From Pseudobdellovibrionaceae bacterium (GTDB lineage: Bacteria; Bdellovibrionota; Bdellovibrionia; Bdellovibrionales; UBA1609), in assembly GCA_023954155.1 (NCBI GenBank), contig JAMLIO010000002.1, forward strand, positions 130,221 to 194,220: a DNA stretch of 64,000 nt, read 5' to 3'. The notes under the pieces are model-generated. The model searched no databases. It was not told where the DNA came from and saw only the letters and a list, made by a program, of their open reading frames with translations. Below, piece by piece: positions 1 through 7,943 of the stretch; position 1 is the stretch's first letter, and each line of letters starts with the position of its first letter. Position numbers and translations under genes: made by a program.

Positions 1-1
1 A

Positions 2-163
2 ACCCATAACGGAAAATATATTTTATCTTTAAATGGAAGTGGTCCCTTATTTTATGAATTCCAAAGCGACTACCAAGACGTACTGTTAGAATCTGAATTT
101 TATACCGCTCACTCGCGTGTGGAATGTTTTATTCACCCTAATATTGACCAATACATCAGGTAA
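2..163 (+). CDS. 3' end of a CDS entering from the left edge (partial, unknown function)
   Basis: Frame 2 is open from the window edge to TAA at 161-163 (...ECFIHPNIDQYIR*). No recognisable motif. Confidence 0.35.
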   Translation, partial: THNGKYILSLNGSGPLFYEFQSDYQDVLLESEFYTAHSRVECFIHPNIDQYIR

Positions 164-190
164 TACACCCGTAAATAAAGGAGAAAGAGT

Positions 191-1099
191 ATGAAAACCT
201 CATATATGCAATGGATCTTGATATCTGGACTGTTGGTTTTTGCAAACGTGGCCTGTGTGACCACAACTCCCATCGGTGATGTCGTTGTGGACGGGTCAGT
301 CAGTGTAGAGCCGCAAGTGGTGTATCGCAGCAGTTCGCGGGTGACCATTGGTATTGGTCCAAGTTATACCCTTGATGATGCTTTTTATTTAGCAAATGAC
401 CATTGCCGAGGTTACGGTTATTACGCCGTGCCTTCTTCATCAAGATGGGATTACACTTACGATAGTTACAGAAACTTAGTGTATTACTGCCGTCGTCGCC
501 CCGTGGTCATTACACATCCTGTAGTTGTGCATCCTTCACGTCCTCGTTATCATCACCCAGCACCCCAACCTCCTGTGCCTCATGATAATGGATGGTGGTC
601 AAGAAACCGTCCTTCGCCGCCACCAGTAGTGGGAACACCTCCGCCAGCTCATAGACCCATCCCAGCTCCTCCAGCGCGTCGCTATGAACGGGATACACGT
701 TCGACCACACCTCAATCCCCATGGTCTTACAACCCTCGTAAAAATGAAAAACGTAGTACTATTCCCACGCCTCCTCCTGTTGTGACGACGCCCACACCTC
801 CGCCTGCGCCTCCTGCAACACGCTATGAGCGAGACACGCGTTCAACCACCACGCCATCTCCATGGTCTTACAATTCAAGAAAGAATGACGAGCCCACTCG
901 TAACACTTATACTCCGCCATCTACCAGCTCAAGTTCTTCTAGTAGTGGTGGATTCTGGGGTAAAAACTCTCCATCATCGAAGTCGTCTTCTTCAAGTTCG
1001 GACTCTTCGTATTCATCAGGTAGAGGGGCGTCAAGCTCAAGCCCATCTTCGAGTGCGTCGTCAAGTTCACCAGGTTGGTGGGGCAAAAACAAAAAGTAA
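191..1099 (+). CDS. secreted Pro/Ser-rich repeat protein (unknown function)
   Basis: ATG at 191 with AAGGAG SD 7 nt upstream. N-terminal signal peptide (ILISGLLVFANVAC). Two internal ~50-aa repeats (RYERDTRSTT.PSPWSYN.RKN). Three WW/FW-x-(K/R)-N motifs. Poly-Ser tail. Followed by a terminator hairpin. Confidence 0.75.
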   Translation: MKTSYMQWILISGLLVFANVACVTTTPIGDVVVDGSVSVEPQVVYRSSSRVTIGIGPSYTLDDAFYLANDHCRGYGYYAVPSSSRWDYTYDSYRNLVYYCRRRPVVITHPVVVHPSRPRYHHPAPQPPVPHDNGWWSRNRPSPPPVVGTPPPAHRPIPAPPARRYERDTRSTTPQSPWSYNPRKNEKRSTIPTPPPVVTTPTPPPAPPATRYERDTRSTTTPSPWSYNSRKNDEPTRNTYTPPSTSSSSSSSGGFWGKNSPSSKSSSSSSDSSYSSGRGASSSSPSSSASSSSPGWWGKNKK

Positions 1100-1124
1100 T
1101 GGCCAGCAAGTTAAAGATTTGCTA

Positions 1125-1154
1125 AAAAGGGACTTGGAAGAGGTCCCTTTTTTT
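1125..1154 (+). terminator. Rho-independent terminator after the Pro/Ser-rich protein gene
   Basis: 9-bp stem aaaagggac / gtccctttt with a 9-nt loop, running into a T-tract at 1148-1154. Confidence 0.7.
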
Positions 1155-1679
1155 ATGAGTGACAAACAAGTGCAAAACTCATTTTTACCCCGATTTATTG
1201 TGTCTGAGTTTAAAGACAGATCGGAGGTTGCAAATAAGGCAGCAACAGATAAAGCGGCCACGGATGAAGGGACCCAAGTTCTTCTTACCTCTGAGATGCT
1301 TCACTCTTTTAAAGATAATTTAATGTCAGCACCTCAAGTTGAATTGGGTGTGATCTGCTTTGAGAACGTTTCTGAAGAACCAGCTCTTGCAGAGATGCTA
1401 GATAAGTTAGTGATGGCAGTCAAACAGAACGATTATCAGATGTACCAATTTCCCAAAGAAGTTCAAAATAAAATCTCAGTAGACATGTTAGAGACCGCAC
1501 TGTCTGAAGTAGAGTCTTTGCCACATAATAAAATTTTAATCTTTGATTCCAAATCACAGAAAACCCAAAATAAAGACCTTGGAAACTGTAAACTGATCAC
1601 CACTTATGGACTGACAGATCTAAGCCAAAGTGTGCAGTATAAAAAAGACCTTTGGACCTTTTTGCAAAAGCATTTTTAA
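1155..1679 (+). CDS. hypothetical protein (174 aa)
   Basis: First ATG of the non-overlapping part of ORF 825..1679 (MSDKQVQNSF...). It begins immediately after the terminator T-tract and has no SD, so the start and even the coding status are uncertain. Confidence 0.45.
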   Translation: MSDKQVQNSFLPRFIVSEFKDRSEVANKAATDKAATDEGTQVLLTSEMLHSFKDNLMSAPQVELGVICFENVSEEPALAEMLDKLVMAVKQNDYQMYQFPKEVQNKISVDMLETALSEVESLPHNKILIFDSKSQKTQNKDLGNCKLITTYGLTDLSQSVQYKKDLWTFLQKHF

Positions 1680-1834
1680 AAAAATCTTTCTTACACACAA
1701 GCATAGTCATTGTCTCATCTGCAATAGGACTTGGAACTTTACTATATTCTGATTGGCGACTTTGGGCCAACGAATGAACGAGAAGTAAGCAAGCCTAAGC
1801 GAGTTTGTTTGAAAGGCTTATGGGATCGTCTGTA

Positions 1835-3307
1835 TTATTGTGCTCGACAGCTTTCCACACACTTTTCACCTGTGAGTGCCACTTTAAAAGTACTCATACA
1901 CTCAGAAGTCTTTTTGTGTCTGACGACTGACACCTCTGAGACATTAGGCTCAGAAATGCTTTTGAAGCGAGATTCACACAGAAACTTGGCATACTTTTCC
2001 ATTCCTGTTTTCATAGTGGGACTGGTGGGAAGGTAATAACTGGCTGTCATCATGTTTATCCCAATGGCATTATTTGTAGGACTGCTTTGAGCCAATTCAA
2101 AATCAAAATTGGCGGAAGTGATTTTGCTGCACTCACTTAAAGATTTGGCTTTGCGGATTCCTAGAGGGTCTTGCCCCGTTTTTGTAACTATAAAGATATG
2201 TCCTGAAGAGGCGACGACGTCACCGACAGCTAGATCTTCAGTTTTAGCTACAGCGATTTTTCTAAAGCAGGTTGTTCCACCACTACTAGGATTTTTAAAT
2301 CTTGCCGAATTGTAACTAAGAACATCACGGGCTTTAAGATTTACACTAGGGTTGAGTTTTAAGCCTGCTGTAGCTAGTGCTGTGAAAATAAATCCCGAAC
2401 AGTCAGTACCTAGAGCCGCAGATCCAGTCCCATGATTTTTAAAGAAGTTAAGTTCAGCATTGGCAGCCGCCGCCGAATAAGGTTTCCCGCCGTAATCATA
2501 AATCAGAGGGGAGTTGTAAGTAGAAAAGCAACTGGAGTCAGGTGTTCTTTGACTTAAATAGGGGTGAGTTCTTTGTACAGAGCTTAAACTAGAAATCACA
2601 CGCACATTTCCGCCCCCAGAAGAGTGGCGTCCTGTAACTTTGATTCCCTCTAAAGAGCTTTTTGAATTTTGAATTGTGGGTACATTTAAAGCCTCACAAT
2701 TTTGGTAAGCGGTGGCAAAGGTCTTATAGGTGCCAAAGATTTCTGGAGGATATTTATTTTGCAGTTGTTCAAATAAGGACCCTGCAATGGGCTCTTCGTC
2801 TGGTGTGCTGTCGTCTTGATCATTGGGAGTATCGTTACTGCAATTTTGTTGTAAGTTTTTTGATAACACTTGCAGTTCATTTAAGTGACTGCGAAAGGTG
2901 TCCTGAATGCTCTTTGTGGTTTTTGTCATTTGATCGCGAGTTTCAATGTGTGATAAAAGTTTTTTGATCTCTTCAATGTTTTCAGCGCCCAGTTTTTTTG
3001 GGAATTCAACAACAAGAGCTGTGTAAAACTCTTCAAATTTTACGATGATCTTTTGAATGTCTTCCTTGTGCTCTTCGTAGTTGTCTAGGGTGGTAAAGTC
3101 TTTTTGAAGTTGCTTCATCACCGCACTGACTTCGGGAAGCTTTTGATTTTCTTCTAAAGAGAGGTGAAGGATGTCAAACATCTGGGATTCAAACTGCTCA
3201 CAACTCATTTGGTTGGCTGCAATGCTGCTGAGTTGTTGAGTGTGCATGTCGTTCTGACAGGCTGCCAAAAAAAGTAAAAAAGTAGAATATCCGATGAGCT
3301 TTTTCAT
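1835..3307 (-). CDS. NlpC/P60-family cell-wall hydrolase lipoprotein
   Basis: Lipobox LFLAAC after the signal peptide. C-terminal domain has the NlpC/P60 catalytic Cys motif (GTDCSGFIF) and a downstream His (GDVVASSGHIFIV). Long helical N-terminal region of unknown function. Confidence 0.85.
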   Translation of the reverse strand: MKKLIGYSTFLLFLAACQNDMHTQQLSSIAANQMSCEQFESQMFDILHLSLEENQKLPEVSAVMKQLQKDFTTLDNYEEHKEDIQKIIVKFEEFYTALVVEFPKKLGAENIEEIKKLLSHIETRDQMTKTTKSIQDTFRSHLNELQVLSKNLQQNCSNDTPNDQDDSTPDEEPIAGSLFEQLQNKYPPEIFGTYKTFATAYQNCEALNVPTIQNSKSSLEGIKVTGRHSSGGGNVRVISSLSSVQRTHPYLSQRTPDSSCFSTYNSPLIYDYGGKPYSAAAANAELNFFKNHGTGSAALGTDCSGFIFTALATAGLKLNPSVNLKARDVLSYNSARFKNPSSGGTTCFRKIAVAKTEDLAVGDVVASSGHIFIVTKTGQDPLGIRKAKSLSECSKITSANFDFELAQSSPTNNAIGINMMTASYYLPTSPTMKTGMEKYAKFLCESRFKSISEPNVSEVSVVRHKKTSECMSTFKVALTGEKCVESCRAQ

Positions 3308-3557
3308 ATATATCCCATCGTGTAAGCCCGACTAACGCCTGAGCTTAAAAAATCTGTAATGCCCACAGTCTGGACTATAGTTGAGGGTATAAAGGACTAT
3401 AGGTTTGAATCTCAAGGTTTTTTGACCAACTCCTAAACAAATCACAACAGCAGTTTAGACTCATATTACGTCTCAAACTGATACAACTGTCGTCATCATG
3501 TTTTTCACAATACATACTCTCCTCTGTACTTCCATCCTTCCTCTTTCTTTTGGAGAC

Positions 3558-3693
3558 GGCGCGGGGTTGGCCGTTTGGTTTTATATGTTCGAAATGCGAG
3601 TTCGGCTTGGCGTAGTTTTGCGAACGCAAAGCTATGCCAAACGTTATGTCTGAGCATTTTGAACATATAAAACCAAACGGCCAACCCCGCGCC
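3558..3693 (+). repeat. long hairpin repeat element, copy A (conserved ~72-nt core inside a 33-bp perfect outer stem)
   Basis: 3558-3590 is the exact reverse complement of 3661-3693. The core 3589-3662 is near-identical to 56565-56639. Nested inner 15-bp stem 3607-3621 / 3626-3640 with a GAAC loop. Confidence 0.85.
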
Positions 3694-3761
3694 TGTTGGT
3701 CTTTTTAAGGAGTGTCTACAAATTGGACGGTTTTTTGAGGCTGTCTAAAAAAATATGATAG

Positions 3762-3777
3762 ATTTACATCTGTAAAT
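3762..3777. promoter_or_regulatory. 7-2-7 palindrome ATTTACA-tc-TGTAAAT upstream of the 3858 lipoprotein gene (candidate operator)
   Basis: Perfect inverted repeat about 80 nt upstream of the ATG at 3858. No known regulator assigned. Confidence 0.25.
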
Positions 3778-3857
3778 TCAAGGGTTTAAGACTTTGTGCT
3801 TTTGGTATGCTCTTCGCATAGATAAAGACAAATAAATTGTAACTCGATGGGGGAGTT

Positions 3858-4670
3858 ATGCTTAAATCGATCAAATTTTATCTGAGCCTAGTGATGCTAC
3901 TAAGTGTGGCCTATGTCTCTGTAGGTTGCGGTGGCTTTTCAGCAAGCAATTCTGAGAGCCCACTGGGATCGTATTTACCAGGAGATCTTGATCTGCCACC
4001 TACAGGTGAAGACCCAGATGATATGGAGTATGAGGGTGATGGTGTATATCTGACCAACTTACACCCTGACATTTCAAGTTTATATGCCAAAGCCTACTTT
4101 CATGCTGACATTGGTGAACTTGCAGGAAGCCCTGGAACAAGTTCGGCTCGTCAAGGTGGAAGTGTGGTCTTAACTTTTGAAGACAGTTCTGGAAATACAT
4201 CCAAACGTTATTTTTCAACAGGTGGAAGCACGCTTTCAAGTATGGAAAAGAACTATTGGACTAAGAAGACTAACGGAGACGTCATGTGGAGAGGAATCTT
4301 CCAAGGTCAACGTGGTGCTTTTGTGGTGATCATTGATGGTGTATTTATGTATGGTGACGGAGCGGGACCTTTAGATACTATGTCGGGTTCGGTTTGGTTT
4401 AGACCATGGCAAGTTTTAGAAAATAGAGTTTTACCAACACATGAGTGTGTGCTCAATGCGTATGGTTTATGGGATTGTAAAAACCAAACAGCACCGATTC
4501 GTCAATGTTGGTACATCTCAAAAGGCCCTTATGATTGCCGCTTTAACATTTCTGGTGATGCTTCAACAGTCACTCGTGGGTCAGGTAATGAAAAGAACGA
4601 CACCAACTGGGTGAAGTTAGGTCGATTCTCAAACCTTAATAAATCCAAAGTCTTTCACGAGACCTACTAA
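3858..4670 (+). CDS. Cys-containing lipoprotein (unknown function)
   Basis: ATG with GGGGGAG SD. Signal peptide ending in lipobox SVGC. No recognisable catalytic motif. Confidence 0.75.
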   Translation: MLKSIKFYLSLVMLLSVAYVSVGCGGFSASNSESPLGSYLPGDLDLPPTGEDPDDMEYEGDGVYLTNLHPDISSLYAKAYFHADIGELAGSPGTSSARQGGSVVLTFEDSSGNTSKRYFSTGGSTLSSMEKNYWTKKTNGDVMWRGIFQGQRGAFVVIIDGVFMYGDGAGPLDTMSGSVWFRPWQVLENRVLPTHECVLNAYGLWDCKNQTAPIRQCWYISKGPYDCRFNISGDASTVTRGSGNEKNDTNWVKLGRFSNLNKSKVFHETY

Positions 4671-4797
4671 GATATTTAAAAAACTAGAAACATAAAGTTT
4701 CTTAAGAGCTGTCATGGATGAACCGAGACAGCTCATTTTTTTTGGAGTCTTTAATGAAGGGCCAGATATGTAGTTTCTATTTGCATCCTTAAAATTC

Positions 4798-5688
4798 ATG
4801 TTACATAATATTTCTATGCTTGCATTTTGGTCTGAATTTTTTGAAGAGTTGGAGTTTGTAAGAGGGCGATCGAAAAATACGATTCAATCTTACCGTAGGG
4901 ATTTAGAACTTTACGAGTCTTTTTTAAAAAAGCATAAAGACATTCATTACTTTTATGCTTTTATGAAGGGTCAAGGCCTCAGTGATAGATCACAAGCTAG
5001 AGTGATCAGCAGTTTAAGAACCTATTTTAAGTTTTGTGAGTCTAAGGGTAAGGACTCCCCAGAACTTCGTTCCTTAAAGTTACCTAAAGTCAAAAAGACC
5101 ATACCCAAAACTATCACGCCAGCACAGTTTGAGATGCTCTTTCAAGCGGCTGCCGTCCCACAAGAGACACTTAAGACTGAACGTAATCAATTGGTCTTAC
5201 TTTTACTTTTTGGCCTAGGCTGTAGGGTGACAGAGTTAATTCAGATCGAACTTAATGATGTGGATTTACAAGAAGGTTATGTCAAAATTTTAGGTAAGGG
5301 AAATAAGGAGCGGCTTGTCCCTTTAACAGAGAGTTTACTTACCAAAGTGAAAGTCTATCTTGAGGAAGCAAGACCAAGTTTGGTTAAAAACAAAACCGTG
5401 AAGACTCTTTTGGTGAATGAAAGAGGGAAGGCCTTATCTCGCATAGACATTTGGAGATGGTTGGCGGCATGGTCTCAACGTGCAGGCTTTAAAGAAGTGA
5501 TACATCCCCATCAATTGCGCCATGCCTGTGCTACAACCCTGTTGGAGCAAGGAGCAGACCTTAGAAGTATTCAAATTTTGTTGGGACACACTTCTATCCA
5601 GACCACTCAAGTGTACACTCAGGTCACTACCAGGAAGCTAAATAAAGAAGTGGATGCTAAGCATCCACTTTCTCACTATAAAGACTAG
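4798..5688 (+). CDS. xerD: tyrosine site-specific recombinase, XerD/XerC family
   Basis: N-terminal SAM-like domain (RSKNTIQSYRRDLELY). C-terminal catalytic motifs (GCRVTEL, HQLRHACATTLLEQGADLRSIQILLGHTSIQTTQVYTQV). Alternative ATG at 4816. Confidence 0.88.
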   Translation: MLHNISMLAFWSEFFEELEFVRGRSKNTIQSYRRDLELYESFLKKHKDIHYFYAFMKGQGLSDRSQARVISSLRTYFKFCESKGKDSPELRSLKLPKVKKTIPKTITPAQFEMLFQAAAVPQETLKTERNQLVLLLLFGLGCRVTELIQIELNDVDLQEGYVKILGKGNKERLVPLTESLLTKVKVYLEEARPSLVKNKTVKTLLVNERGKALSRIDIWRWLAAWSQRAGFKEVIHPHQLRHACATTLLEQGADLRSIQILLGHTSIQTTQVYTQVTTRKLNKEVDAKHPLSHYKD

Positions 5689-5715
5689 CGTTAGGTTCTC
5701 TTTTTATTGCGCTTA

Positions 5716-5985
5716 CTATGCGCGAATAGATTTACGGATTTCTGCTTCTGATTGATCTAACAAAATAGTCAACAGCTTAGCTTTTGGAATCTTAGTAAGC
5801 TTAATGATTTTGCCTACATGATCCATTCTTGGGCTGCACAGACCGCGCTCCCAGTTGCTGATGAGTTGCTTGTTTACTCCAAGTGCATTCGCAAGTTCGC
5901 TTTGGCTTAAGCCTGCTTTGATGCGATGGTCTTGGAAGAAGCGTCCGATTTTTCTTGAGTATGGTAATGCTATTTTTGTTTTCAT
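5716..5985 (-). CDS. XRE-family helix-turn-helix transcriptional regulator
   Basis: HTH_XRE signature LSQSELANALGVNKQLISNWERG. Start taken at the internal ATG (MKTKIALPY); the ORF extends to 6021. Confidence 0.85.
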   Translation of the reverse strand: MKTKIALPYSRKIGRFFQDHRIKAGLSQSELANALGVNKQLISNWERGLCSPRMDHVGKIIKLTKIPKAKLLTILLDQSEAEIRKSIRA

Positions 5986-6203
5986 ACGTATCAAGGTAAC
6001 GTCGTAAAAAATAAATGTCACGTAAATTTGTATAAAAAATCTTACTTGAGAATGAAATCACAAAATATGAAGAAATTTAGATAAAATGTTGTCAAAGATA
6101 AAACAATTAGAGACGCGCTTTATTTACTGAGATCAAAAATCGGACCGTTCTCCGCGAGAGGATAGATTTACGATAACATAATAAGCATAAAGTTTGCTTT
6201 CCA

Positions 6204-7649
6204 GTGTTCATGAAAATTTTTGCGTTAAATACTTCTGCATACGGTGACTCTTGGGTCGAAATTGAAATCAATCTCATTCCTGGTCTTCCGCGTTTTTCCA
6301 TTATAGGACTGCCTGACACGGCTTTGAAGGAGGGTGTACTGCGAATCAAGTCGGCTCTTTTGGCGCATGGTTTTGAGTGGCCAAAAAATAAAGAAGTGAT
6401 CATCAATCTTAAACCTATCAATAGTAAAAAGTGGAATCAGAATATTGAACTCGCAATTTTAATTTGTTTTTTGCATGTGACACAGCAAATTAAACTCAAG
6501 TCCAGCTTTAATGATGATGATTCTCTATTAGTGTTGGGCGATCTGAATTTAATGGGACAAACCACTTTGTCTAAAGATATTTGTGCACGCACGTTCACAA
6601 ATTGGAAAGGTAAAATTCTAACTGGTTGCGTTCTGGAACCAGTGTTGTTCGATCACTATGTGATTGAACATATCGGGCAATTAAAAAATGCAGCTTTGTC
6701 TTTTCATAAAAAAGCATCCTTGCAAGAGATCATCAGACGCCCTCCATCCGATCGTTTTTTATGGACGCAAGAAGAAGCTAGGCTCATCAGTCTTTTGGCT
6801 TTGGGATCTTTTTCGGCTTTGCTTGCAGGAGTAAAAGGTGCTGGCAAAACAACTCTTGTTAAGGAAGTGTGGCGACTTTTACCTGCGCCGAACGAACATG
6901 AGTTTGAAGAGATCGGGATGCAGTCCAAGCAGTGCCCTGAGTGGCGCCCTTTGGTTTTTCCTCATCACACCATGCCTAGGGTGTCGTTGATTGGCGGAGG
7001 TGTTCCTCTCAAGATGGGTGAAGTGGGGCGCGCGCATGGGGGCATTATGGTGTTAGATGAATTTCTGGAGTTTAAAAAAGAAAGCATAGAGGTTTTACGT
7101 GAGGCCATGCAATCAGAAGAGGTGGAAGTTTCTAGGTTAGGGCAGACCCATAAATTTAAGACAAGGTTTCAAGCTTTGGCGACAACTAATCTTTGTCCTT
7201 GTGGGAAGTGGTCAGGACAAGAAGGGCATTTTGTAAATTGCTCTAGAAGCCTTATGACTTGTAAGTCCTATATCAATCGGATGATTGGCCCCGTGATGGA
7301 TCGGTTTCATATTTTATGGTTAAAGCCGTATCGGATTAAAGGAGATGCTCAAACAATATGCAGCGATGATATTTTAAGAGGGCTCGAAGAGGCTAGAGCG
7401 TGGAGGGCTAAGAGACCTTGGGGAGATCGGGCGTGCAATAAACTTTTGGTTTCTGAGGTTCAGGGTATGTTGACCAAAAGGTGGTTAAAAGACGTTTACG
7501 TTTTTGAGGGCCAATCGGAGCGACGCCAACAGGCGTTTTGGCAGGTGGCCAGAGCTTTAGCCGATTTGGATATGGTGGAGCGTATCGGGGAAAAGCACAT
7601 ACGTGAGGCTTACAAATGGACCTGTTTGGACTTTGGAACCTTGCTGTAA
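6204..7649 (+). CDS. comM: YifB/ComM-family Mg-chelatase-like AAA+ ATPase
   Basis: N-terminal Lon-like ChlI domain (IPGLPRFSIIGLPDTALKEGVLRIKSAL). Walker A GVKGAGKTT. Walker B GGIMVLDEFLEF. The ATG at 6210 is an equally good start. Confidence 0.85.
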   Translation: MFMKIFALNTSAYGDSWVEIEINLIPGLPRFSIIGLPDTALKEGVLRIKSALLAHGFEWPKNKEVIINLKPINSKKWNQNIELAILICFLHVTQQIKLKSSFNDDDSLLVLGDLNLMGQTTLSKDICARTFTNWKGKILTGCVLEPVLFDHYVIEHIGQLKNAALSFHKKASLQEIIRRPPSDRFLWTQEEARLISLLALGSFSALLAGVKGAGKTTLVKEVWRLLPAPNEHEFEEIGMQSKQCPEWRPLVFPHHTMPRVSLIGGGVPLKMGEVGRAHGGIMVLDEFLEFKKESIEVLREAMQSEEVEVSRLGQTHKFKTRFQALATTNLCPCGKWSGQEGHFVNCSRSLMTCKSYINRMIGPVMDRFHILWLKPYRIKGDAQTICSDDILRGLEEARAWRAKRPWGDRACNKLLVSEVQGMLTKRWLKDVYVFEGQSERRQQAFWQVARALADLDMVERIGEKHIREAYKWTCLDFGTLL

Positions 7650-7718
7650 TTTACCTTGATACAAGGCGGGGGACCTGATAGTTTCATGAGACCATTCGGT
7701 GCAAAAAAAGTTCCTAAG

Positions 7719-7792
7719 GGTGGCGTAGCCAAGTGGTTAGGCAGCGGCCTGCAAAGCCGTCTACGCCGGTTCGAGTCCGGCCGCCACCTCCA
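7719..7792 (+). tRNA. tRNA-Cys (anticodon GCA), CCA encoded
   Basis: Acceptor stem GGTGGCG/CGCCACC. Anticodon stem-loop GCGGC-CTGCAAA-GCCGT. T-arm GCCGG-TTCGAGT-CCGGC. Discriminator T followed by CCA. 74 nt. Confidence 0.95.
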
Positions 7793-7943
7793 AAAATTCC
7801 TCGTTAAAATAAATAATCGGTACAATACCAATAGGACGATCCCAGAGTTCATCTGGGGGTCTTCGATGAAGGAGAGATAAAAATTGACCATCCTTCAGTG
7901 GATTCTATGGGGAAATAAATGTTTGGCTTTAGAATTATGTCTT

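Noticed and set aside
825-1154. 5' extension of ORF 825..1679 and antisense ORFs 510..722, 907..1092 and 1067..1261
   Set aside because: They overlap the Pro/Ser-rich gene in other frames and are by-products of its low-complexity, codon-biased repeats. A terminator separates the two real genes.
3375-3629. 84-aa ORF on the minus strand running into the hairpin element
   Set aside because: It has a TTG start and no SD, and its 5' third is simply the translation of the left arm and core of the palindromic repeat. It is most likely an artefact of the repeat.
3594-3653. 19-codon ORF (MRVRLGVVLRTQSYAKRYV) entirely inside the conserved hairpin core
   Set aside because: It has no SD. In copy B a 1-nt length difference shifts the frame, so the ORF reads on for 40 codons. 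The differences between copies are the stem-compensating ones and are non-synonymous. This pattern reflects structure, not coding, constraint.
3558-3693. Hairpin elements as retron msr/msd, integron attC sites or MITEs with terminal inverted repeats
   Set aside because: No reverse transcriptase, integron integrase or transposase lies nearby. attC sites and MITEs have conserved ends and variable centres, the opposite of what is seen here. I could not identify any target-site duplication.
7610-7891. ORFs of 93 aa (-) and 74 aa (+) overlapping 7656-7880
   Set aside because: Both run straight through the tRNA-Cys gene. The tRNA fold is unambiguous.
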